From the NCBI GenBank assembly GCA_023131935.1, contig JAGLYY010000172.1, positions 1 to 43,724 of the forward strand: a DNA stretch of 43,724 nt, written 5' to 3'. The first letter of the stretch is position 1; the number at the start of each line of letters is the position of its first letter. Source of the DNA: Spirochaetales bacterium. Lineage in GTDB: Bacteria; Spirochaetota; Spirochaetia; JAGLYY01. The position numbers and the translations under genes were made by a program. This document shows, one piece after another, positions 25,155 through 34,624 of the stretch. A model generated the notes under the pieces. It saw nothing but the letters and a program-made list of their open reading frames with translations. It did no database searches and was not told the DNA's origin.

Positions 25155-26532
25155 ACAAATGGTCCGTTCATTCTTACGCGGGCTGACAATCGAATCTCCT
25201 AAAATTCTCATAGCCCTGTCAGGGGGGCCGGATTCCCTTGCTCTGTTGAACCTCTTATATGGTATTCTTGGTAAAGAAAACCTGGGCTGCGCCTACTATA
25301 ACCATGGTATTCGGTCCACTTCAGCTCTTGATTCAGAGGAACGGGTAGTAAAAGAAACCTGTAAAGCTCTTGGAGTATCCCTCGCGAAAGGAAAAGCGGA
25401 GCCGGGAGAACTCATAGCTCTTGCGGAAAGCACTGGCAGGAGTCTTGAGGAGGTTGCGAGGGAATACCGATACCGATTTCTGCAATCGGTCCGGGAAGAG
25501 GGGAAGTGGGAATACATCGCCACAGGGCATCATCATGATGATCAAATTGAAACCCTCATTATGCGTTTTTTTCAAGGGTCCGGCCCGGAGGGACTCAAAG
25601 GTATCCTGAATCAACAGGGGAATATTATCCGTCCCCTTTTAAACTGCCGGAGAAATGAAATAATCAGGTATCTGGAAAGCCGGAGAATCAGATGGATCGA
25701 AGATAAAAGCAACAGGGACACCCATTTCCTCAGGAACGCCGTAAGGGCTAAGCTCATTCCCCTTATTAAAGAATTGTTCCCCGGGTTCGATCGATCACTT
25801 TCCCTCTTTTCAGGGAAAATGGGTCTTGTAACCGATTTTATCGATGAGGCGTTAGAGAAAACCCTCATCTGGGAGGAACTGGCAGAAGAACCCGGAAATA
25901 TGGGGAGGAAGGGCTTCTCAATAAGTTCCCGGGAATTTTGGGCAGCACATCCGCTGCTGCGTGTTGAAAGTCTTTACCGTATTATGAACCGCTGCGGGAT
26001 AAAACGTGTTAGGTACTCGTTCTTTCAAACGGTGATAAAGTCTCCTTTTAAAACAGTAGGAGAGAAGGTCTATCTTTCGGGTTACGGCTATACCTTCAAA
26101 CAGAGAGGGGAACAGCTTTTTTGGACAAGAGATGTTGTCGTTTCAGGCAAAAAAGGCTATCTTATGGTAGTACAACCTGGTGCGAGAGGCAGAATTGGGG
26201 ACTACGGTGTCTCTTTTTTCACATTACCGCATTCACCCGCTGCGGCTGAATGTTCAACCGTTGTGAAGTACGCTGAAGGGGATGCCCCATTGGTGATCAG
26301 GTCAAAAAAAGCTGGCGATACGATCCGTCTTAAAGATGGTAGAAAATCGGTGAAAAAAATCTTCCAGGAGTGGGGAGTTACCGATGAGGATCGTAACCTT
26401 ATCCCTGTAATTGAGGATAAGCGCGGCGTGCGGGGCATTCTCGGGGGCGTTTTTGGATATCAGGATAGATTTTCCTACGAACCTCAACCGGGAAAGTCCA
26501 GGATAAACATTGTTTTTACAGAATTATTCTAG
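25129..26532 (+). CDS. tilS: tRNA(Ile)-lysidine synthase
   Basis: PP-loop IALSGGPDSLALL. 467 aa with the TilS C-terminal domain. Lies in the conserved position before ftsH. Confidence 0.9.
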   Translation: MKSTEETLEQMVRSFLRGLTIESPKILIALSGGPDSLALLNLLYGILGKENLGCAYYNHGIRSTSALDSEERVVKETCKALGVSLAKGKAEPGELIALAESTGRSLEEVAREYRYRFLQSVREEGKWEYIATGHHHDDQIETLIMRFFQGSGPEGLKGILNQQGNIIRPLLNCRRNEIIRYLESRRIRWIEDKSNRDTHFLRNAVRAKLIPLIKELFPGFDRSLSLFSGKMGLVTDFIDEALEKTLIWEELAEEPGNMGRKGFSISSREFWAAHPLLRVESLYRIMNRCGIKRVRYSFFQTVIKSPFKTVGEKVYLSGYGYTFKQRGEQLFWTRDVVVSGKKGYLMVVQPGARGRIGDYGVSFFTLPHSPAAAECSTVVKYAEGDAPLVIRSKKAGDTIRLKDGRKSVKKIFQEWGVTDEDRNLIPVIEDKRGVRGILGGVFGYQDRFSYEPQPGKSRINIVFTELF

Positions 26533-26547
26533 AAGAATCTAGAAGAA
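26528..26547. repeat. Tandem duplication TCTAGAAGAA x2 spanning the tilS stop codon
   Basis: Copies at 26528-26537 and 26538-26547. The tilS TAG is at 26530-26532. Confidence 0.9.
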
Positions 26548-26566
26548 TTACCAAACGAAGGTGACT

Positions 26567-28429
26567 ATGCAGAATAATAACAAGAATCAGCAGAAACGTC
26601 CTCCGGTAAGTTTCGAAAAGAATCGATTTGCATTTATTTTCACAATTTTACTGGTCGCATTGTTCCTGTTTCTCTTGCTTTTCAATGGAAATGGGCCCTC
26701 CATAGAGTTGCCCTATTCAACTTTTGTTCAGTATCTGGAACAGGGCTATATAGAATCGGTTACAATCTACGATTACAAAGAAATTCACGCTTTAACAAAG
26801 AGTGGAGTGGGAGGGATCTCCTCTTTTAAATCGAAGATTCCATATCCCGATGAAGAGCTTATGAGTCTGCTCAGGGAAAAGGGTGTTGCAGTGCAGGGGG
26901 CCGGCAGCAGGATGTCTCCCCTTACAATAATCCTGAATTCTCTTCCCTGGGTCCTGGGATTTATTTTTATCTGGTTCATGTTCCGGCAGGTACAGGGAAA
27001 TGGAAATAAAGCCTTTTCCTTTGGTAAAAGCAGGGCAAAGCTTTATTCCGATACCGATAAAAAGGTGACCTTTGAAGATGTCGCCGGACAGAAAGAGGCA
27101 AAATATGAGCTTGAAGAGATCGTCGATTTTCTCAAGAATCCTGGAAAGTTTACGAAAATAGGCGCTCGGATTCCGAAAGGTGTACTCCTTGTTGGTATGC
27201 CGGGAACCGGAAAAACACTACTTGCAAAAGCGGTAGCCGGAGAAGCTGAGGTAAATTACTTTCACATGTCCGGTTCCGACTTCGTTGAGATGTTTGTTGG
27301 TGTTGGTGCCAGCAGAGTTCGGGATCTCTTCGAGCAGGGACGTAAAAATGCCCCTGCCATCATTTTCATTGATGAGTTAGACGCCGTTGGCCGAACACGA
27401 GGTGCCGGCTATGGCGGAGGTCATGATGAGAGGGAACAAACCCTCAACCAGATGCTTGTTGAGATGGATGGGTTTGATACCAAAGATGGTGTTATCATCC
27501 TCGCCGCTACGAACCGGCCCGACGTGCTGGACCCGGCTCTGCTGCGTCCAGGGAGATTTGACCGTCAGGTTGTAATTGATATGCCGGATATCCAGGAGCG
27601 GGAAGCTATTTTGAAAATTCATGCAAGGAAAGTTTCCCTTGATCTGGGAGTTGATCTTCAAAGGATTGCTCGAGCTACCCCCGGGACCTCAGGGGCTGAT
27701 CTGGAAAATCTTGTGAATGAAGCAGCTCTCTTCGCGGTCAGAAACGGGAAAAAGATCGTTGAGCTATCTGATTTTGAATCGGCAAGGGATAAAATACTTC
27801 TTGGTGTAGCTCGGAAGTCAAAGATTATCACTCCGGAGGAGAAGCTCTCAACCGCTTACCATGAATCTGGACACGCACTCCTTCATTACTACCTTGAGTA
27901 TGCCGACCCTTTGCATAAGGTAACTGTTATCCCTCACGGTCAAGCCCTAGGGCTTGCTATAAGTTTGCCGGAAAAGGATGAGTATACGAAAAGCAGGGGA
28001 TGGATTGTTGATAGAATCAAGATAGCCATGGGTGGTTATGTCGCGGAAAAGCTCATTTATAACCAGACAACAACAGGAACAAAGAAGGATATTGAACAGG
28101 CAACTACACTGGTACGCAGAATGGTTGTTGAATGGGGGATGAGTGAAGAGCTTGGTTTTGTTGCCTTTGGTCAGGAAGAAGAACCGATTTTCCTTGGCAA
28201 AGAAATAGCCCGGCATAAAGATTACTCCGAAGAAACCGCAAAAAAAATTGACATGGAAATGGACAGGATTCTGCGGTCCTGTATGGAAGCAACAACGAAA
28301 ATCCTGACTGACCACCGGGACCAGCTTGAAACTTTAGCAAAAGCTCTTGTACGGGAAGAGACCCTTGATGATGAGCAAATCAGAGAGCTTCTGGATCTGC
28401 CTGAAAGGGTAAAAAGAGATTTAATTTAG
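26567..28429 (+). CDS. ftsH: ATP-dependent zinc metalloprotease FtsH
   Basis: Two TM segments, Walker A GMPGTGKT, Walker [12 protein letters not shown] region, and zinc motif HESGHAL. ATG 26567 is preferred over GTG 26561. Confidence 0.95.
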   Translation: MQNNNKNQQKRPPVSFEKNRFAFIFTILLVALFLFLLLFNGNGPSIELPYSTFVQYLEQGYIESVTIYDYKEIHALTKSGVGGISSFKSKIPYPDEELMSLLREKGVAVQGAGSRMSPLTIILNSLPWVLGFIFIWFMFRQVQGNGNKAFSFGKSRAKLYSDTDKKVTFEDVAGQKEAKYELEEIVDFLKNPGKFTKIGARIPKGVLLVGMPGTGKTLLAKAVAGEAEVNYFHMSGSDFVEMFVGVGASRVRDLFEQGRKNAPAIIFIDELDAVGRTRGAGYGGGHDEREQTLNQMLVEMDGFDTKDGVIILAATNRPDVLDPALLRPGRFDRQVVIDMPDIQEREAILKIHARKVSLDLGVDLQRIARATPGTSGADLENLVNEAALFAVRNGKKIVELSDFESARDKILLGVARKSKIITPEEKLSTAYHESGHALLHYYLEYADPLHKVTVIPHGQALGLAISLPEKDEYTKSRGWIVDRIKIAMGGYVAEKLIYNQTTTGTKKDIEQATTLVRRMVVEWGMSEELGFVAFGQEEEPIFLGKEIARHKDYSEETAKKIDMEMDRILRSCMEATTKILTDHRDQLETLAKALVREETLDDEQIRELLDLPERVKRDLI

Positions 28430-28433
28430 GGTT

Positions 28434-30137
28434 ATGTTGATCCGTTCGCTCTGGAAGTTCGTAGTTTTTTTCTTGATACTTACCTTTCACGGAGGCTCCC
28501 TTTCAGCTGATCCTGGGAGGGAGTTGTCATTTCTCTACGAAAGATATGCCCGGGAGGCGTTTGAACTTGGGGAAATCAGCAGGGCGAAAGATTTTCTGGG
28601 GAGATCCCTCGAATTTTATTCTGATAACAGCAACAGCCTTTATCTCCTTGCTTTGGTATGGAGAAATGAGCTTCCAGGGTTCTCAGCATCTCTTCTGAAG
28701 CAGGCACTCGATGCTGATGCATTCAGTACAGATGCTCCGGAAGTTCGGGGAAGGGCGACTATCTTACTTTCGGAGCTTTACTATCAGACAAGGCGCTATG
28801 CCGAAGCCCTTGATTGGCTGAATAACCATCCAAACCTATCGAATTATGGTCGAAAAGCTTTATTGGCTAAATTATATATAAAAACCGGCCAGGTTGGCAG
28901 GGCTTATGAATTCCTTCGGGAAGAACTGACAGAAAATAAAGATGATGAAGATCTTATACAGATCTTATTGGAGATCGACAAACCATTCCGGAAAGAGGTG
29001 TTGAGGGATGCTTTATCACGGCGTCGTGTATTTTCTCCGGATATTATCCTTAAACTTGTTTTTTCGGAGGAGGGGGTGGTTTCACGATCTGAGCTCCTTG
29101 CCCTTTACAAAAATCTTGGCGGGCAGAATATTCGCGCTGAATTACTAAGGAAAAGCCTTGAATCGAATACCCCGTTGAACCTCCTAGATCCCGATATTAT
29201 TCACAGACAGGAAAATCTATATCTGCTTTCGGAAATCATCTCTGAGGATGAGCAGAAAGATTTCCTCGCAGACTTCCGTCAATACAGTGGTACCGTTATA
29301 ATGGACAGGGATGGCGATGGATATTCTGATGGTTATACCAGCTATCTCAAAGGTGTTATTCAGTCGGTTAGCATTGACCGAAACCAAAACGGAATAGCCG
29401 AATGGGTTATTCAATTCCATGGTCCTGCAGTGTCAGCAATTTATGCCGGAGATGGGAGAGATATCGTTTTTCACTATCGAAGATACCCGGAACTCAGGCA
29501 GATTGAAATCGTTAATGGTAAATGTTCAACAGTTTATCTGTTTGAGAGAGAAAACTTTTCTTTTGGTCCTGTTCTTTTTCAAGGAGATATTCCCTTTACT
29601 GTTCCGGAAATAAAAGGGGATGTAATACTCCCGGATGCTGAGGATTTTTCCTCTTATGTTTCAAAGGTACAACGGATTTGTGAAAATTCCACCTCGATTG
29701 ATATCACTACCGACATCGGAACGATCAGGGATATCTATAACCAGGAAGGGTTTTCCTCACGAATACATTCAATAGGAGATATCCCTCAGGAAGGCTCGAT
29801 TGATCTTGATAATGACGGCACCTATGAGGTGCGGGAAATTTATGAATCGGGGGAGAAGGTAAAAATTATCTATGACGCGAACAATAACGGAATTACCGAA
29901 TATTTAATACTGTTTCAGAATGGAATGCAAACTTTCTGGGATTATGATGAAGATGGTGTATTCGATTACACCGAGGCCCTCCTCCCGGGGGAAGGTGTCA
30001 CAGGGTATATCTATCCTACTGATAAACCGGAAATCTTTTTTATTGGCTTTCCATACTCACAGGAACTGGCAAAATCTGGGGAAACAGGCAGATCATTTAA
30101 CATCGATGGACGGACTTATAAAGAGGTGCTGAAGTGA
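28434..30137 (+). CDS. Secreted protein with TPR-like N-terminal half and repeated DxDxDG-type (calcium-binding-like) motifs
   Basis: Signal peptide MLIRSLWKFVVFFLILTFHGGSLSA. Five spaced motifs: DRDGDGYSDG, DRNQNGIAEW, DLDNDGTYEV, DANNNGITEY, DYDEDGVFDY. No family recognised. Confidence 0.7.
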   Translation: MLIRSLWKFVVFFLILTFHGGSLSADPGRELSFLYERYAREAFELGEISRAKDFLGRSLEFYSDNSNSLYLLALVWRNELPGFSASLLKQALDADAFSTDAPEVRGRATILLSELYYQTRRYAEALDWLNNHPNLSNYGRKALLAKLYIKTGQVGRAYEFLREELTENKDDEDLIQILLEIDKPFRKEVLRDALSRRRVFSPDIILKLVFSEEGVVSRSELLALYKNLGGQNIRAELLRKSLESNTPLNLLDPDIIHRQENLYLLSEIISEDEQKDFLADFRQYSGTVIMDRDGDGYSDGYTSYLKGVIQSVSIDRNQNGIAEWVIQFHGPAVSAIYAGDGRDIVFHYRRYPELRQIEIVNGKCSTVYLFERENFSFGPVLFQGDIPFTVPEIKGDVILPDAEDFSSYVSKVQRICENSTSIDITTDIGTIRDIYNQEGFSSRIHSIGDIPQEGSIDLDNDGTYEVREIYESGEKVKIIYDANNNGITEYLILFQNGMQTFWDYDEDGVFDYTEALLPGEGVTGYIYPTDKPEIFFIGFPYSQELAKSGETGRSFNIDGRTYKEVLK

Positions 30138-31900
30138 AACAGGTTTTCCTTTTCATACTGACAATTCTACTCTTTTCCTGTACGCATATAGAGGAATACC
30201 GCTATATCCCCCCTCAGAAGGAAGCACTTTTACAAGAGGTAGAGGGTCTTCTCAACAAAGGGGAACCTTCCCAGGCATTGACAATCCTTGATCGTTTTCA
30301 ACGCGACTTCCCCGATTATCAGGCAGAAGAAACCGCAGCGATAAGGGAACGAATAAATGGGACCCTGGGTTCATCCTTTGAAGAAAGTATTGTTCAGGAG
30401 GACTGGGAGATAGGGCTCCAAATCTTATACAGCTTAACAGCTTTAAATCTGTCCCCGGAAAAATGGACCGCGGAAGATATTGTAGAGAGGAACGCCCTGA
30501 AATTACTGATTTCAGGGGAGAATACCCTGGCTATAAGGGCTTTGTTACAGGTAATGCGGTCAGGTACACCTGGGGAAGCTACTTTACAATCATTTGCAGA
30601 ATTTGCCCTCGAGCATAATGAAATAAGCTTCGGGGGCATCTTGCTTCCCTGCCTGGAAGAGAATGAAGTTAAGCCTCCGGAAGGGTTTAAAGAAATGGTA
30701 GGCCAGCAATTACGGATAGATAAAATGGTCCCTGCTACCGTTACTATCTGGGTTAACCGGGGAATTAAACTTGAGGGAGGAGTAGGGTTTCCTGATCGGG
30801 TCATTGGAAGCGGGTTTTTCATAGATAGAAGAGGATATATCCTCACAAATTACCATGTCATTGAAAGTGAAGTTGATCCTCAATATGAGGGATACTCCCG
30901 GCTTTTTATCAGGTTGTCGAAGGACCCGGATCAGAAGATTCCCGCGAAAGTCGTTGGTTGGGACAAAAATTTTGATATTGCCCTTTTGAAAACAGAAATA
31001 GATCCTGAGATATCCTTCTCCTTTTTTATGGAGGAAGATTTTTATCCCGGAGAGAGAATATTTGCCATCGGATCTCCCGGTGGACTTGAAAATACGGTTA
31101 CAGCAGGTATAGTATCCGCTACCGGCAGGCGCCTCCTCCAGTTGGGAGATACATTACAGGTAGATGTTCCAATTAACTTCGGCAATAGCGGAGGTCCGCT
31201 CCTGAACGAGGAGGGGGATCTTGTAGCGGTTGTATTTGCCGGTATCGAGCAATTTGAAGGGATTAACTTCGCTATTCCAGGTCATTGGATCATGGACCTG
31301 TTGCCGCGTCTTTATCAAGGGGGGGCCGTGATACATTCATGGATGGGGGCCTCTGTGATGGAGAACCTTCTGGGGTTGGAAGTGGTTTATACTGTACCCG
31401 ACAGTCCTGTTCAGAAGGCTGGCATCCTGCTAGGAGACATAATAACCGGTATCAATGGCGTCACTTATACGAGAATCACCGATGTACAGAAAAAACTGCT
31501 GCAATTTGATCCGGGAGTAATCCTTAAAGTAGAGTGGATGCATGGGGACGATACAGTTACCGGTTTCCTTGCCCTCGAAGAACGACCTCCGATTCCCATG
31601 GAGATTGCTCTGGAAAAAGATTCGAGGGATAATGTCATTCCCTCCCTCTTTGGAATGAAGATTGAAAAAACCGGAACCAGGCTGTTTAAAGAGGAATACG
31701 TCATAAAGGATGTATACAGGGGATCTATCGCGGATGAAACAGGTTTGTCGGTAAATGATCCACTTACTATTATAGGATGGGAGATAGACTGGGACCAGGG
31801 GATTATTTACCTGAAGGTCAAAATTAAGAAACGATCTGCGGGTTTTCTTGAAAGTGCGATTCAGCTTGGGGCATACCTTGAAACAGCGAACATAATATAA
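30134..31900 (+). CDS. HtrA/DegP-family trypsin-like serine protease lipoprotein with PDZ domain and ~200-aa N-terminal extension
   Basis: Lipobox LLFSC. Catalytic triad contexts TNYHV, DIALLK and GNSGGPLLN. PDZ-like GILLGDIITGING. GTG start overlaps the upstream stop. Confidence 0.85.
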   Translation: MKQVFLFILTILLFSCTHIEEYRYIPPQKEALLQEVEGLLNKGEPSQALTILDRFQRDFPDYQAEETAAIRERINGTLGSSFEESIVQEDWEIGLQILYSLTALNLSPEKWTAEDIVERNALKLLISGENTLAIRALLQVMRSGTPGEATLQSFAEFALEHNEISFGGILLPCLEENEVKPPEGFKEMVGQQLRIDKMVPATVTIWVNRGIKLEGGVGFPDRVIGSGFFIDRRGYILTNYHVIESEVDPQYEGYSRLFIRLSKDPDQKIPAKVVGWDKNFDIALLKTEIDPEISFSFFMEEDFYPGERIFAIGSPGGLENTVTAGIVSATGRRLLQLGDTLQVDVPINFGNSGGPLLNEEGDLVAVVFAGIEQFEGINFAIPGHWIMDLLPRLYQGGAVIHSWMGASVMENLLGLEVVYTVPDSPVQKAGILLGDIITGINGVTYTRITDVQKKLLQFDPGVILKVEWMHGDDTVTGFLALEERPPIPMEIALEKDSRDNVIPSLFGMKIEKTGTRLFKEEYVIKDVYRGSIADETGLSVNDPLTIIGWEIDWDQGIIYLKVKIKKRSAGFLESAIQLGAYLETANII

Positions 31901-32066
31901 GGTAACTTCTATCTGCTTTAAAGGTATTTACATGTATAACGTAAGAACATGTTTTGGTAACTCTGACCTGTTAATATAGGTACCTGGAGGTCCCTATAAA
32001 GAAAAAAATATTTCAAAGATGCGGGTTTCACAGTATAATGTGTATGCATACGAGGAAGGTACCACA

Positions 32067-33467
32067 ATGAGCGGTGAGGAGTCGACGATACTTGTCGTAG
32101 AAGATGAATCTATCGTTGCGATCGATATTATTCAGACCCTCCAATCTATAGGTTATTCAGTATATGAGGCCATCGATAGTGGTGAGGAAGCCCTTGAATT
32201 TCTGCAATCTGAAACTCCCGATCTCATTCTCATGGACATACAGCTAAGCGGCGATCTCGATGGTATCCAGACCGCGAAATACGTAAGGGAAAACTATCAG
32301 ATTCCCTTCATATACATCTCGACATTCAGTGATCCTATTACCCTCTCAAGAGCGAAACTAACCCAGCCTTATGGATATATCACAAAATCTTTCAACCAGA
32401 ATATTCTGCATACGACAATTGAAATGGCGCTCCATCGGCATAGGATGGAAAGAATCGTTCGGGAGAAAGAGGAGCTGTTATCGATTACATTGAAAAGCAT
32501 CAGTGATGCTGTTATAGGGACCTCGCTGGAGGGGAATATCATAAGCTGGAACAAGGGTGCCGAAACTATTTTCGGTTTCACCCTTGAGGAAATCCAGGGA
32601 AAGAATATCTCAATCATTACCCCCCGCTTTTATCCAAATGAAATGCCCGATATGCTCGATAGACTACTTTCCGGGGAAGAGATTAAACCTTATCAGGCTG
32701 TCAGGCAGAAAAGGGACGGCAGTGTAATTGATATGTCCCTGAAGATATCCCCTATTACCGACTCAACTGCTCAGATTATCGGTGTATCTATCATCGGAAG
32801 GGACATTACCGAAAAAAAACAGCTGGAAAAAGAAATTCTCGAGATTGAAGAACGGGAACGCACCCGTATAGGTCAGGATCTTCACGATAGCCTTGGGCAG
32901 CATCTTACAGGGATCAGTCTGAAATTAAAGGCCCTTGAGAAGGATCTTAATAACAAGAAATTGCAAAAACTAGCTGACAACACTAAGGAAATCGAGGACC
33001 TTGTTAAAGACGCTGTAATGCATACACGAAGACTTGCCCGGGTTCTAATGCCTGTAACCCTGCAGCATGAGGGCCTTCCTGAGGCTTTAGAAGAGCTGAG
33101 TGTATATGCTGCTCAGATTTACAATATAGACACACTCTTTTCCGCTGATAAAGATATTGTGCTGAAAGATGAAGCAATTTCGAATCAGCTTTATCATATT
33201 GCCCAGGAGGCGGTTAATAATGCAATAAAGCACTCTCAATCTGAAACTGTTACAATAAGTCTGAAAAAAGAAGCACAAGACATCTGTTTACTGATACAGG
33301 ATAATGGTGTTGGGTTGCGGAATGAGAATAATAGAAACGGATTGGGACTGAAAATTATGCAATACAGGGCAGATATGATCAATGGCAAATTATCGGTATT
33401 CTCCCAATCAGAGGGTGGCACAACAGTTCTCTGCCGGGTTCCTGGAGTTGAGGGAAAAAGGATATGA
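32067..33467 (+). CDS. Cytoplasmic REC-PAS-HisKA_3-HATPase sensor histidine kinase (NarX/DegS-type)
   Basis: N-terminal receiver (ILVVEDES...LILMDIQL...). PAS (SISDAVIGTSLEGNIISWNKGAETIFGF). H-box IGQDLHDSLGQHL. N-box QEAVNNAIKHS. G-boxes DNGVGL/GLGLKIM. No TM segment. ATG 32067 with GAGGAAGG SD is preferred over 32019. Confidence 0.88.
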   Translation: MSGEESTILVVEDESIVAIDIIQTLQSIGYSVYEAIDSGEEALEFLQSETPDLILMDIQLSGDLDGIQTAKYVRENYQIPFIYISTFSDPITLSRAKLTQPYGYITKSFNQNILHTTIEMALHRHRMERIVREKEELLSITLKSISDAVIGTSLEGNIISWNKGAETIFGFTLEEIQGKNISIITPRFYPNEMPDMLDRLLSGEEIKPYQAVRQKRDGSVIDMSLKISPITDSTAQIIGVSIIGRDITEKKQLEKEILEIEERERTRIGQDLHDSLGQHLTGISLKLKALEKDLNNKKLQKLADNTKEIEDLVKDAVMHTRRLARVLMPVTLQHEGLPEALEELSVYAAQIYNIDTLFSADKDIVLKDEAISNQLYHIAQEAVNNAIKHSQSETVTISLKKEAQDICLLIQDNGVGLRNENNRNGLGLKIMQYRADMINGKLSVFSQSEGGTTVLCRVPGVEGKRI

Positions 33468-34141
33468 TACGGAGTGTTTTCCTGGTGGAAGATCATCCAA
33501 TTGTCAGACAGGGTTTTGTTCAGCTGATTGAGCAGGAAAATGATTTAAAGGTAATTGGAGAGGCGGAAGATGCTGCTACTGCTCTGCAGCTGATAACTCA
33601 TACTTCTCCGGATATTGCCCTTGTTGACCTTTCGTTAAAAAACAGTAATGGAATTGAACTGATAAAGGACCTGAACAAACAGTGTCCAAAAGTACCTATC
33701 CTGGTAGTGTCCCTTCATGATGAAAACCTCTATGCAGAGCGATGTTTACGAGCGGGAGCCAGGGGTTTCATCATGAAGACCGAGGCAACCGATAATGTAA
33801 TGACAGCTATACGGTTAGTGCTGTCAGGGGAAATATATTTGAGTCCTGCAATGCGAAATCGGATGCTCAGCCGTTTTACAACCAGAGGTGATGTTGACAG
33901 AGACAGTGTGTTAGAATCTTTGAGTGACAGAGAATTTGAAGTATTTCAGCTCATGGGGAAGGGGCAAAAAACAAGGATCATTGCAGATAAACTCAATTTA
34001 AGCGTAAAAACGATAGAAACATATAAAGCCCATCTGAAAACTAAACTCAATCTCGAGGATGCAACTGGGCTCATTCAGGTTGCTATTGAATGGAACCTGA
34101 AGAAACAGTTTTATGGTGATGAGAATATGAAAAAACTTTAG
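33464..34141 (+). CDS. NarL/FixJ-family response regulator (REC + LuxR-type HTH)
   Basis: IALVDLSL phospho-acceptor context. LSDREFEVFQLMGKGQKTRIIADKLNLSVKTIETYKAHL. ATGA overlap with the upstream kinase. Confidence 0.9.
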   Translation: MIRSVFLVEDHPIVRQGFVQLIEQENDLKVIGEAEDAATALQLITHTSPDIALVDLSLKNSNGIELIKDLNKQCPKVPILVVSLHDENLYAERCLRAGARGFIMKTEATDNVMTAIRLVLSGEIYLSPAMRNRMLSRFTTRGDVDRDSVLESLSDREFEVFQLMGKGQKTRIIADKLNLSVKTIETYKAHLKTKLNLEDATGLIQVAIEWNLKKQFYGDENMKKL

Positions 34142-34210
34142 TTTCCTTGTGCAATTGCCTATTGCAACTTGAGGACCTATTACTAATACTTAAGGGGAAG
34201 ATTGTGCTGA

Positions 34211-34624
34211 ATGAGGAAACGAATCGTGATGAAATTACTTATCTCTGCCGATTCAGCAGCCACACGGGAGGGGATGCGGTTTATTCTGCAAAGGGAGGGT
34301 TATGAGGTTGTAGAGGCGTCAGATATTCAAAATGCCATTGAAGTGATAGAGAGGGATACAATCGATATCTATTTTATTGACATGGCTTCTGAGGAGGTTG
34401 ATTCGCTGGAAAGTATTACAAGGATGAGTATCGAACGAAAACTACCGGTCGTCTTGATTGTTTCAGAGACTCAGATAAAAGCGGCAAGAGAGGGGAGAGA
34501 TCTTGGCATTGAAAAAATCATAATGAAACCTTTCAGCGCGGACAGGCTGATCGCTACGGTAGATGAATTAAGAGAAAGGACAGAATTATCAACATATGGG
34601 CAAACCTCGAATACTGATAATTGA
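34211..34624 (+). CDS. Single-domain response-regulator receiver protein
   Basis: About 130 aa, receiver fold only (IYFIDMAS..., IIMKPF). The start may be ATG 34229. Confidence 0.75.
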   Translation: MRKRIVMKLLISADSAATREGMRFILQREGYEVVEASDIQNAIEVIERDTIDIYFIDMASEEVDSLESITRMSIERKLPVVLIVSETQIKAAREGRDLGIEKIIMKPFSADRLIATVDELRERTELSTYGQTSNTDN

